From positions 2,368,001 through 2,432,000 of the forward strand of contig OZ245003.1 of NCBI GenBank assembly GCA_965223425.1: a DNA stretch of 64,000 nucleotides, written 5' to 3'. Made by a program: the position numbers and the translations under genes. A model generated the notes under the pieces. It ran no database searches. It had not been told where the DNA came from and worked only from the letters and a program-made list of their open reading frames with translations. Source of the DNA: Nitrosopumilus sp. Its GTDB lineage: Archaea; Thermoproteota; Nitrososphaeria; Nitrososphaerales; Nitrosopumilaceae. Of the stretch, positions 20,215 through 28,442 are shown piece by piece (position 1 is the first letter of the stretch; each line of letters starts with the position of its first letter).

Positions 20215-21306
20215 TTACTTCAGTATCCTCAATAGTTTATCATCCATACCGTCCGGAAAACCTTTTCCATCAGTATTTGAGGTGATAACGTAAAGACTTC
20301 CGTCCGGACCCTGTACAACGTCACGAACACGGCCAATTCCACTGAGAATTGATTTTTGAGAGCCAAGCCCCTCCTCAAAATCCAACTGGTAAAGGTTGGC
20401 AGCCCTCATGGATGCCAAGATAAACGGAGATTCAAAGTCAAGCGTATCCCCAGAATAAAACAGGATGCCGCCAGGTTCTATGCTCGGATCGTAACAAAGG
20501 ACGGCATCCTCAAAGTCTTTGTCTCCCGAACATTGCTGCTCAGGCCAGCCGTAGTTTTTTCCCGGCCGAATCAGATTAATTTCATCATTTTTTTCTGGTC
20601 CAAACTCTGCCACAAACAAGTTGCCGTTGTTGTCCCAAGTCATTCCCTGGGGATTTCTGTGACCCATGGAATATACAGGAGAGTCCGGAAACGGATTATC
20701 ATCAGGTATGCTGCCATCATCGTTTAACCTCAAAATTTTTCCAGATAGCGAACCAAGATCCTGTGGAAGGTGGGAGGCATCAGAAACGGTTCCAGTGCCT
20801 GCATACAGTTTTTTGTCAGGTCCAAATTTTATAAAACCGCCATTAGTAAATGAGGATCCGGGAATCTTGTCAAATATTGTTATGGCATCCTGTAACTTGT
20901 TCTCAGATTCAGTTATTTGCAGAATCTTATTCCACAGACTTCCATCCTCCTCATATGTCAAAAACACGTAGACGTAATGATTGCTGGAAAAATCCGGATG
21001 CAAAGCAATCCCCAACAACCCGCCATCAAACACATCTGCAGAACGGAATGCGGCCAAAGGCGATTCTAGCAAGTTATTATCCTGAATTACCCTGATAAAA
21101 CCATCCTTTTCTGTTACAAAAATTCGATCACCAGAAACGGCAATCGCACGGGGCTTGTCAAGGTTTTCAGCTAAAACAGCTACCGAGTCGTTTTGAGAGC
21201 TTGATGCGGGCTTTGGTATCGGAAGAGGATCAGAGGGGGAAGTTAAAACAAATGCTGAGAATGCCACAGCGCCGACAATCGCAATGATTTGAATTTTTTT
21301 GTTCAC
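20215..21306 (-). CDS. PQQ-dependent glucose/sorbosone dehydrogenase family protein
   Basis: N-terminal signal/TM; GLLGIALHPDF, GKILRLN, GHRNPQG and NYGWP motifs. Confidence 0.9.
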   Translation of the reverse strand: MNKKIQIIAIVGAVAFSAFVLTSPSDPLPIPKPASSSQNDSVAVLAENLDKPRAIAVSGDRIFVTEKDGFIRVIQDNNLLESPLAAFRSADVFDGGLLGIALHPDFSSNHYVYVFLTYEEDGSLWNKILQITESENKLQDAITIFDKIPGSSFTNGGFIKFGPDKKLYAGTGTVSDASHLPQDLGSLSGKILRLNDDGSIPDDNPFPDSPVYSMGHRNPQGMTWDNNGNLFVAEFGPEKNDEINLIRPGKNYGWPEQQCSGDKDFEDAVLCYDPSIEPGGILFYSGDTLDFESPFILASMRAANLYQLDFEEGLGSQKSILSGIGRVRDVVQGPDGSLYVITSNTDGKGFPDGMDDKLLRILK

Positions 21307-21351
21307 AAAAAGATAATCTTTTCAAATCCTATTAATTACTTTCAGGAATTT

Positions 21352-21366
21352 GATAAAGCGTATATA
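21352..21366 (+). promoter_or_regulatory. BRE/TATA promoter of the tRNA gene
   Basis: GATAAAGCG-TATATA, with TATATA 23-28 nt before the tRNA 5' end. Confidence 0.55.
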
Positions 21367-21388
21367 CGGCTGATCTTCATTTATGAAC

Positions 21389-21478
21389 AGCGGGGTGGGG
21401 AAGTCAGACTATTTAGGGCTAGGTCATCCCGGCGGGCTCATAACCCGCAAATCAGTAGTTCAAATCTACTCCCCGCTA
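21389..21478 (+). tRNA. Initiator tRNA-Met(CAT) with a 15-nt intron in the D-loop (21408-21422)
   Basis: Acceptor AGCGGGG/CCCCGCT with A1:U72; anticodon arm GCGGG-CTCATAA-CCCGC; T arm AGTAG-TTCAAAT-CTACT; BHB-like motif. Confidence 0.93.
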
Positions 21479-22807
21479 TTAGTTTCCATAAACACAAAAC
21501 CACAAAAGGGATTTATCAAACTTTGAAGCTTTGTTAGACAGTCCTAATCGCTGCAGGGGTCTAGTCAGATGTCGGTGGGCAGACACTTTTGGGATGTAGA
21601 GTTGTTCTTTGATTTGTCTTGGGATTTCAACAGAAAACTTTTTGGATGCTTTTTTTCCACATCGGATGCACTGGAATCCCTGATTCTGACCTTGGGATTT
21701 CATTTTTTTGCCGCATGTTTTGCAGGGAGGGTTGGATTTTATGATGTTTTTCTCAAGATGAAGGATATCAATAAACTCAAGGTTAATAATTCGGGGGAAT
21801 TTTTTTGATGCCTTTCTAATGCCGCCGCCAACACATATTTTATCGCCCCTTATCAGATTCGAGGCAACAGATGAGATTCCCGTTGGTTTGTAAACTGCGC
21901 ACCAAAACTCTTGATTTTTGGAAGTGATTTTAAAAAATACGTGGCCGCCTTTTGCAATCTTTGGGGTGTTGGATACGACTCCGGTTATTTTTCCAGATGC
22001 ATAAGGTCTCATGTTTTCCAAAGTCAGCTCGTTTTTCAGGTGATCTCCGGTTCCCTGGTTAGATTTGAATATCATATAGCCGTCTGGTTTTTCGTCACTT
22101 TTCAGAATCTTTGTAGCATGGACTAGCGACGCGGCATTTTCACCCCTAACACCGTAAAACACCGGATCAGGTCCATGAGGGGTAATCAAGATTCGCCCTT
22201 TTTTGGTATCAAAGCTGTTAAACGTCTCTGGGAAAGTTTTTTCCTGCATGATTCTTACGCTTTCTGCAGAGATCTTTCTTTCTTTTCCAAATTTAGCTTT
22301 TTTGCGATAACTCAACAGCTCTAACGTATGATCTTGAAAATCATATCCTATTGCCCCAATCGCGCCGACAAGCCCTTGCCCGTTTCCCTGATAGAAAAAA
22401 TCAAGATCGTTTTTTTCTGCAAACCTTTTTGCATTTTTTCTATTGATTAGTTGCCACAAAGCTAAGTTACTGAAATTTGTAAAGTCAGGTGGGATTGCAT
22501 CACTTTCAAAAAATACTAAACCGGGATTTGCGCCGTTTTCAGTATCAGAGTACCTTGAAACGAGATTTTTAATTTGGGTTTTTATCTTAGAGGGGTTTTT
22601 AGTTTTTATTCGAATTGAGACTGCGCCATTCCCGCGTGTTTTCCATGGTATGTTAGGATTAAATCGGACTAGTCTTGGAAAGTCAAGAAATTCCGTTTTC
22701 TGTTTTTTAAGCAAATCAACAATTTTGTATGCAAGGAATGTGGTGCACATTCCCTTAGGGGAATCAGTGTCGTCAAGTCCAATGTTGAGAACTGTTTTTT
22801 TGGCCAT
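21479..22807 (-). CDS. tiaS: tRNA(Ile2) agmatidine synthetase
   Basis: IGLDDTDS..GMCTT, NPNIPWKTRGNG, NQGTGDHL, Zn ribbon and RHLTRP motifs. Confidence 0.96.
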   Translation of the reverse strand: MAKKTVLNIGLDDTDSPKGMCTTFLAYKIVDLLKKQKTEFLDFPRLVRFNPNIPWKTRGNGAVSIRIKTKNPSKIKTQIKNLVSRYSDTENGANPGLVFFESDAIPPDFTNFSNLALWQLINRKNAKRFAEKNDLDFFYQGNGQGLVGAIGAIGYDFQDHTLELLSYRKKAKFGKERKISAESVRIMQEKTFPETFNSFDTKKGRILITPHGPDPVFYGVRGENAASLVHATKILKSDEKPDGYMIFKSNQGTGDHLKNELTLENMRPYASGKITGVVSNTPKIAKGGHVFFKITSKNQEFWCAVYKPTGISSVASNLIRGDKICVGGGIRKASKKFPRIINLEFIDILHLEKNIIKSNPPCKTCGKKMKSQGQNQGFQCIRCGKKASKKFSVEIPRQIKEQLYIPKVSAHRHLTRPLQRLGLSNKASKFDKSLLWFCVYGN

Positions 22808-23012
22808 AAATTACTGAAGCAGCTCAGGCATTTTTAGTTGTTGGAGAGTACTACGCTGTTCCAAACTCGGGCATTTAACCGTGCTGTTCAATTCGGGACA
22901 TGGAATAGATTTGGGCAATGGTTTTAGCAGAGTTTGAAGCACATTTTACTTATCTGGATTTCATCACGCATAATTATTTTGTAATAACTTGATTCAGATG
23001 CAGCTACAGATG

Positions 23013-23321
23013 TCACTGCATGTCCTGATCCTGGACGACATGATCGATTAGAGCGCTGATGTAGGATGAACTCCAATAAGAATAGTACCGCTTGTTTGTG
23101 TTGACGTACCGCTCGGTGCGGATATCGTCCTTCATGATGTCCCACATTCCTTGGAATTGCTCCATTGGGATCTCCCTGACTATTTCAGTACTGGGCATGA
23201 CTGCCACAGTAGTACTGTCATTCATTGAGGCCTCGAACTCTATTTTTCTTGTTAGGGTCGTAAACTTCCTGCCATATCTTATCTCTGTGGACAGTTTCTG
23301 CCAGAACTGCTGAAACTTCAT
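23013..23321 (-). CDS. Hypothetical protein
   Basis: 102 aa ORF with protein-like composition. Confidence 0.6.
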   Translation of the reverse strand: MKFQQFWQKLSTEIRYGRKFTTLTRKIEFEASMNDSTTVAVMPSTEIVREIPMEQFQGMWDIMKDDIRTERYVNTNKRYYSYWSSSYISALIDHVVQDQDMQ

Positions 23322-23900
23322 GAATGTGTGAGAATTCTGGAATATTTTTGTCTTGCTGATAACTGGGAAGTTTATGGTTGGTCACGATCAAAAGTTCTTG
23401 AGGATAATCGATTTTCTGTACATGTACCTCATAATGTCAATTCTTGATCTTGGAATTGATAGATACATGGATTTGATAAGGCATGCTGGAACAAAACCAA
23501 ACTTTGCAAGCAATCTTGGCAAGAGAATCAACAAAGTAACCCAGCAGAATCAATACTCATCTTGTATAGGCCATAGAACTTCCCTCTATAGACCATGAAA
23601 GGTGATCTAACACATGTTTGTAGACAAGGTCGACAGATATCTCCAAAGGTTGGATCCTTTATCTACGCCTGATATAGGCAAAGTAGGCACAGGATTATGA
23701 GTTTTTTCCAAGAGATATCTCTTGAATAACGGTAGCCTCTCAAACATATCTGTCTCTTTTTGTGTCATAATGTGTATGAATGCAGGCGATCAATAATCTT
23801 TTCGACATGAATTGCATTTCTTTTTTCTTCGAAGTACAGATAACGCGTTAAGAGATTATAGATAATTTGTAAGGTATGAAGATAACAAAATCAAATTAAT

Positions 23901-25742
23901 CTAACTTGGAATGACTCCGCCTGATTTTTTGATTGCATTTTCGAAGGCCTCCCAAATTTTTGATGTCTTTACTTTTTGTAAACCATCTTGTTGTTTTAAC
24001 AAATCCTTCATGAAAGAATATGCATTTTCTTTCAGTTTTTCTGAACATTTCCAACCTAATTTTTTATACTCATCTTCTAGATCCACGGGTAGTTTAGTTA
24101 CATTATCCATATTTTCATGGTATTCGTTATCCACCATCGCAATAAATGGGATATCAAAGGCATTATGAAGTTCAATATTAGGATAGACATTAGCCACACC
24201 CCACATCTGCATCACAAAAATATTATATTTTTTAAACAAGCCGCCAAAATGATCTGAAATTGCCTCTAAGGCAAATTTATCACCTGCTCCTTCTCCAATT
24301 AAAGTACAATTACTGAAAAATACTTCAGGATTAAATAAATGAGATTTTAATGTGATTTGGAAGTCAGTTGGAAGAGATTTTACATTACTTTCTCCATTGA
24401 CTCTATTAAGATAGATTAATGAGGAAGAATCTGGCTTTGCAAGTAATTCATAAGATGCAAATTTTGGCGAATGTGAGATGATAATTATTTGATTGTTTTT
24501 TGATACAGCAAGCTCAGATAGTTTCTGAGATAAATGATTGATTTTGATTGGATGAAAATGAATTTCTGGCTCGTCAATCACTAAAATTTGATTTGGTTTA
24601 GCCAGAATAGTGTATAAGATATGAATTAATGCATAATGTCCTGAAGCTGATTCTTGCAAATTAAATTCTTTGTCTTTTTCACTTAATCTAATTTGTAATG
24701 AACTGTTTCCATGTTCATCAGAAACCTCATCTACACGTACCGCTATGCCATTAAAAATATTTGAAAATTCTTTCTTCAGTGTTTCGTAAGTTGGCTCATG
24801 TTGACTTTTCATATTGAATAATTGCTTTGTTAATTTATCATATGTTGGATGAATTTCTTCAATAAACGTTAGATTGTTATCAATAATTTTATGTAATAAC
24901 TGATCTAATTGTACTCTAACATTTGTATTCTTTCTTATTTGCATATATTCTAGAATGTCAGATGCAGTTTGAGTTGGATTTTGATTGCTATACATGATTT
25001 CTAATTTAACTTGTGTCCACCATTTAGTATCACTAGTCATCAAAACAGATGAAGGAGGAGAGCCATTTGTTAAAGCATCTAATAATGTACCTTGTGTACC
25101 AATACTATCATCTTCACGCATTGTGTATGATTTTGCAATTCTTTCTGGGATGGAATTCATTTTTAAGGATTGTATGTTAGTGAGTAACTCATCAATAGTG
25201 CCTGAAGAATTACTAGCGGAAATATAATCAAAAACAACTTGACGTCCATCTTTCTCAACAATTGTGAGACCATTCTCAAAATAATACATTAAGAAATTCG
25301 GATGGGCTGTATCACTTATTGTGTTATTCCAATTTACTATAACATTAAGATTTTTTAGAGCATTAGGAAAAGTATCTTTATCTATTTTAGAACCAAACAT
25401 TGTTTGTAGAACTAATTTTGCTTCGTTATCTGTGAATTGTAATTGTAATAAGATTCGAGAGTTGCCAGTTTGATCAAATTTTTTATTTCTATCTAATGGG
25501 AGTAAATTTAAGTTGCTATTTTTACATATGAATTGTAATATTCTTATCAAATTAGTTTTTCCAGAGTTATTTGCACCCACAACCACATTGTATTTATTAA
25601 AATAAAAATCAGAATTTTTGAATGACAAAATATTTTGAATGTTTACTCGTTTTAGATGCATCCTATGATTGTAATAATTCATAATATAAGATCTTGGATC
25701 CGTACAACATGGAACAGTACGAAAGGATGATAGAGCAGACAA
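23901..25742 (-). CDS. OLD-family ABC ATPase-TOPRIM nuclease (start likely 25661)
   Basis: Walker A GANNSGKT, ESASG signature, IDEPEIHFHP, ISHSP, TOPRIM GEGAGD and VDNE. Confidence 0.85.
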   Translation of the reverse strand: MSALSSFRTVPCCTDPRSYIMNYYNHRMHLKRVNIQNILSFKNSDFYFNKYNVVVGANNSGKTNLIRILQFICKNSNLNLLPLDRNKKFDQTGNSRILLQLQFTDNEAKLVLQTMFGSKIDKDTFPNALKNLNVIVNWNNTISDTAHPNFLMYYFENGLTIVEKDGRQVVFDYISASNSSGTIDELLTNIQSLKMNSIPERIAKSYTMREDDSIGTQGTLLDALTNGSPPSSVLMTSDTKWWTQVKLEIMYSNQNPTQTASDILEYMQIRKNTNVRVQLDQLLHKIIDNNLTFIEEIHPTYDKLTKQLFNMKSQHEPTYETLKKEFSNIFNGIAVRVDEVSDEHGNSSLQIRLSEKDKEFNLQESASGHYALIHILYTILAKPNQILVIDEPEIHFHPIKINHLSQKLSELAVSKNNQIIIISHSPKFASYELLAKPDSSSLIYLNRVNGESNVKSLPTDFQITLKSHLFNPEVFFSNCTLIGEGAGDKFALEAISDHFGGLFKKYNIFVMQMWGVANVYPNIELHNAFDIPFIAMVDNEYHENMDNVTKLPVDLEDEYKKLGWKCSEKLKENAYSFMKDLLKQQDGLQKVKTSKIWEAFENAIKKSGGVIPS

Positions 25743-25858
25743 TCAAGGCTATGTCTGGTTACATTTTGGATTAGCGTCCAAGAGCACTTTGTTTGAGCAT
25801 AGCCAACAGACTAACTCACAGTATGTGGCGGCATATGCCCTATTCTTTTTTCTAAAAT

Positions 25859-26302
25859 TTAGATCATCTTGATTTTTTTCAAAGCCTCGGTTAAACTTAC
25901 TAACATTTCTTCCATTCTACTGCGTGAGAAGGTCAGGCAAGTAGCACGCATTTGTATGTTGGAGGGAATTTCAACCATCTCTTCTGCAATAATTACTACG
26001 GGCTTGTTAGTTGCCTGACCAATTTCATCGATCACGTTTTGGCTTGGATAAAAAATCTCTTTTTCATTTTTAGATGACTTGATGTCTTTTGTAAGTATGG
26101 CTAGCAATGCATTTGATTCGGTAATCAGATCACTTACTTGAGTACTGGGAGATAAATCCGCCCTTCCTGTTTCTTTAGCAGAAAGAACGGTAAATCCCAA
26201 GGCCTTAAGCAATCTGCTTACTAGATCATAGAGACTATTATTTTTCTCCTGCATGGCAAAACTGATGAATATTGTAATGCCTTCTAAAGAGAAAGGCGGC
26301 AT
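25859..26302 (-). CDS. TIR-like / nucleoside deoxyribosyltransferase-like protein
   Basis: IFISF, LLAILT, SQNVIDEIG (catalytic Glu position) and IPSNI motifs. Confidence 0.7.
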   Translation of the reverse strand: MPPFSLEGITIFISFAMQEKNNSLYDLVSRLLKALGFTVLSAKETGRADLSPSTQVSDLITESNALLAILTKDIKSSKNEKEIFYPSQNVIDEIGQATNKPVVIIAEEMVEIPSNIQMRATCLTFSRSRMEEMLVSLTEALKKIKMI

Positions 26303-26385
26303 TTCCTAGTTAAAGTGAATAAACAATTGAATCACTTGAAGAATCGATAAAACTTGTGCATTTGGAATTCATTACAATATCAAAT

Positions 26386-26828
26386 ATATTCAAACTATGT
26401 CGCCTAACTCCCTCTCATTTTTGGAGTGCAAAAATGAAACAGAGTTTACGATACTAAAAAAACTGTACAGATATCCGTTGCTGGGGGTTGTTGCCAAATT
26501 CCCGCCTACATAGTCCTTATCCAATATTCGACCCTTATTCGCGCCTGTAGAAAAGCCACATATCACACAAATCCAACAGCAAGATACAATTCGGCAACAA
26601 CCCCCCGTTGCTGTGCTCTAAAGAATGGGATTTTCATGCTGCACGTGAATTTGATATGACCAATAATTCCAACCTATTTCATACCACCAAGGTTGGATAT
26701 CCTCTTTATGAAGGGAAGATGATCTATCAATTTGAACATAATTATCTAGAACCGAGATATTGGATTGACGAAGAAGAGGGCCGCGCAGTTTTAGAATCAA
26801 AAGAACTCAGTAGAATGAAAAAAATAAA
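26386..26828 (+). repeat. Inverted repeat copy R1a (313 bp plus MITE), matching 29044-29356
   Basis: Reverse complement of 29044-29356 apart from the 130-bp MITE+TSD and one G/T change at 26614. Confidence 0.95.
26484..26604. mobile_element. MITE, 121 bp
   Basis: TIR GGGGTTGTTGCC(A/G)AATT; 9-bp TSD CCGTTGCTG (26475-26483, 26605-26613); empty site present in the other repeat copy. Confidence 0.93.
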
Positions 26829-27445
26829 CAAGGATCATAAGACATCACCAAAATTAGATCTGTCATATTACAGATTAGCTTGGAGGGATATTTCAAATGC
26901 TATTGATAGACGTACATTAATTTGTACTATTATGCCTCCACATGTATTTTTAGGTAACACATTATCATACATTCGCCCCATAGAGTTTGATGGTAAAAAA
27001 TATGTTTGTTCATTATCTTATAAAGAAATAATTTTTTTATGTGGTCTCTTCAACTCATTTCCAATTGATTTTATTTTGCGTCATCGAATAAATTTACACG
27101 TAAGTATTTTTTATTTAATGGAATTATCTATTCCAAAATTTGATGAAAATAATTTATTACATCAAAAAATTCTAGAAAATACAGCTAAATTAATTTGCAC
27201 TACTGATGAATTTGAAGAATTATCAACACAAATTGGAATCAGTGGGGGTGTACATGATGCAAAAAAACGTTTGAAACTCATATCTCAGATTAATGCATAC
27301 GTGTCTAAAATATATCATCTAAATCAAGAGGATTTGAAATTTATTTTAGAGTATTTCAGAGTAGAAGATGAAAATCTAAAAAAATCAACTTTAGAAGAAT
27401 TTGTGAAATTGGAATGAGTCAGATATTAGTTAGTAATATGAATCA

Positions 27446-28366
27446 TCATATTTTAAGATCATTTATTCCTTTTATGAATTCTGCAAATAATTCATCAAGC
27501 GTAGGTACGAAATATACACCGTCAAGTCCATTCTTATGGCCCATGAGTTTTTCTACAACATTATAATTTATTGAATTATTTAGTTTTAGTAACGTATTGA
27601 ATCTTTTTCTAAATCCATGATGCATTTGAATGTCATATCTGTTTCCTTCTAAATTCCGGATTATCGAAGATTTCTTTATTAAATTAAACATTACATTTTT
27701 TACAGAATTGGAATTCATCTGATTTTTTATGTCATATGAGATAAAAAGTGGAGATTCCTTCGTCATGAGTTCTCCTCTCCTTACTCTGTATCTGTGATAA
27801 TCATTTAAGAGTTTTACAGCTTGTGGTGTAAGAAATGACCAGTATTCATCCATATGATCTGCGTATAGTTTTATTGCCATGCACCCATACTTCATTTTTT
27901 TAGTATGTTTTAATTGTAAACTGTGATCAAATATTCCCACTCTTGCGCCAGTGGATGCAAGAAAATGTACTAATGCTTTCGTTCTCACACTTCTAACACA
28001 TTTGAGCATATTTTGTATATCTCTAGTTGTCCATGGTTTATGTCCCGTTCTTTTTTGTTTTTGAGGAAATAATTTATGAATAATATCCCAGTTGATATTC
28101 TTTCTGTTCATTATACAAAAATGTCTTAATCCTGTAAATCTCACAGGAATTGAATTTGGGTTTATTGTGTGTTTTAATTCAATCAAATAATCTTCTAACA
28201 TTTGCTGTAATTTTACTGAAGAAATAGCTGTAAGTTGATGGACAAATTCAATATTTATGAATTGCATGAATCGTTTTAAGTTTGTAATGTAAAGATCTTT
28301 TGTGTATTCAGATTTTATAGATTCCTCAAATAGAATCATCGATCTTTGTAAAGATGTTATAGCCAA
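27446..28366 (-). CDS. Tyrosine recombinase between the inverted repeats
   Basis: STGARVG, HGFRKRF, LMGH and GVYF catalytic motifs. Confidence 0.92.
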   Translation of the reverse strand: MAITSLQRSMILFEESIKSEYTKDLYITNLKRFMQFINIEFVHQLTAISSVKLQQMLEDYLIELKHTINPNSIPVRFTGLRHFCIMNRKNINWDIIHKLFPQKQKRTGHKPWTTRDIQNMLKCVRSVRTKALVHFLASTGARVGIFDHSLQLKHTKKMKYGCMAIKLYADHMDEYWSFLTPQAVKLLNDYHRYRVRRGELMTKESPLFISYDIKNQMNSNSVKNVMFNLIKKSSIIRNLEGNRYDIQMHHGFRKRFNTLLKLNNSINYNVVEKLMGHKNGLDGVYFVPTLDELFAEFIKGINDLKI

Positions 28367-28442
28367 TTTTACTTCATGTTAAATTATTTTCTAACTATAA
28401 GAAACAATTAGTTTGAGTCAAAAAACATAGAACCAATTTTTC

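Larger units (their letters stand above)
26386..27417 (+). other. Silent alternative C-terminal target-recognition cassette for the methyltransferase
   Basis: No native start and no MTase catalytic motifs; after the repeat the frame encodes a homologous but divergent TRD (YRLAWRDISNAIDRRTL vs YRLVWRSITNSTNERTL) open to a stop at 27417. Confidence 0.85.

Noticed and set aside
21389-21478. tRNA-Met as the integration site of island 2, or as tRNA-Ile2
   Set aside because: No duplicate of its 3' end was noticed and tiaS lies between it and the island; A1:U72 and three G-C anticodon-stem pairs indicate the initiator
23353-23800. Gene or IS in the island 2 left margin
   Set aside because: Only short broken frames; no TIRs or motifs I can support
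23901-25742. Gabija or retron system
   Set aside because: No UvrD-like GajB or RT nearby; the helicase present is SF2 and coupled to the MTase
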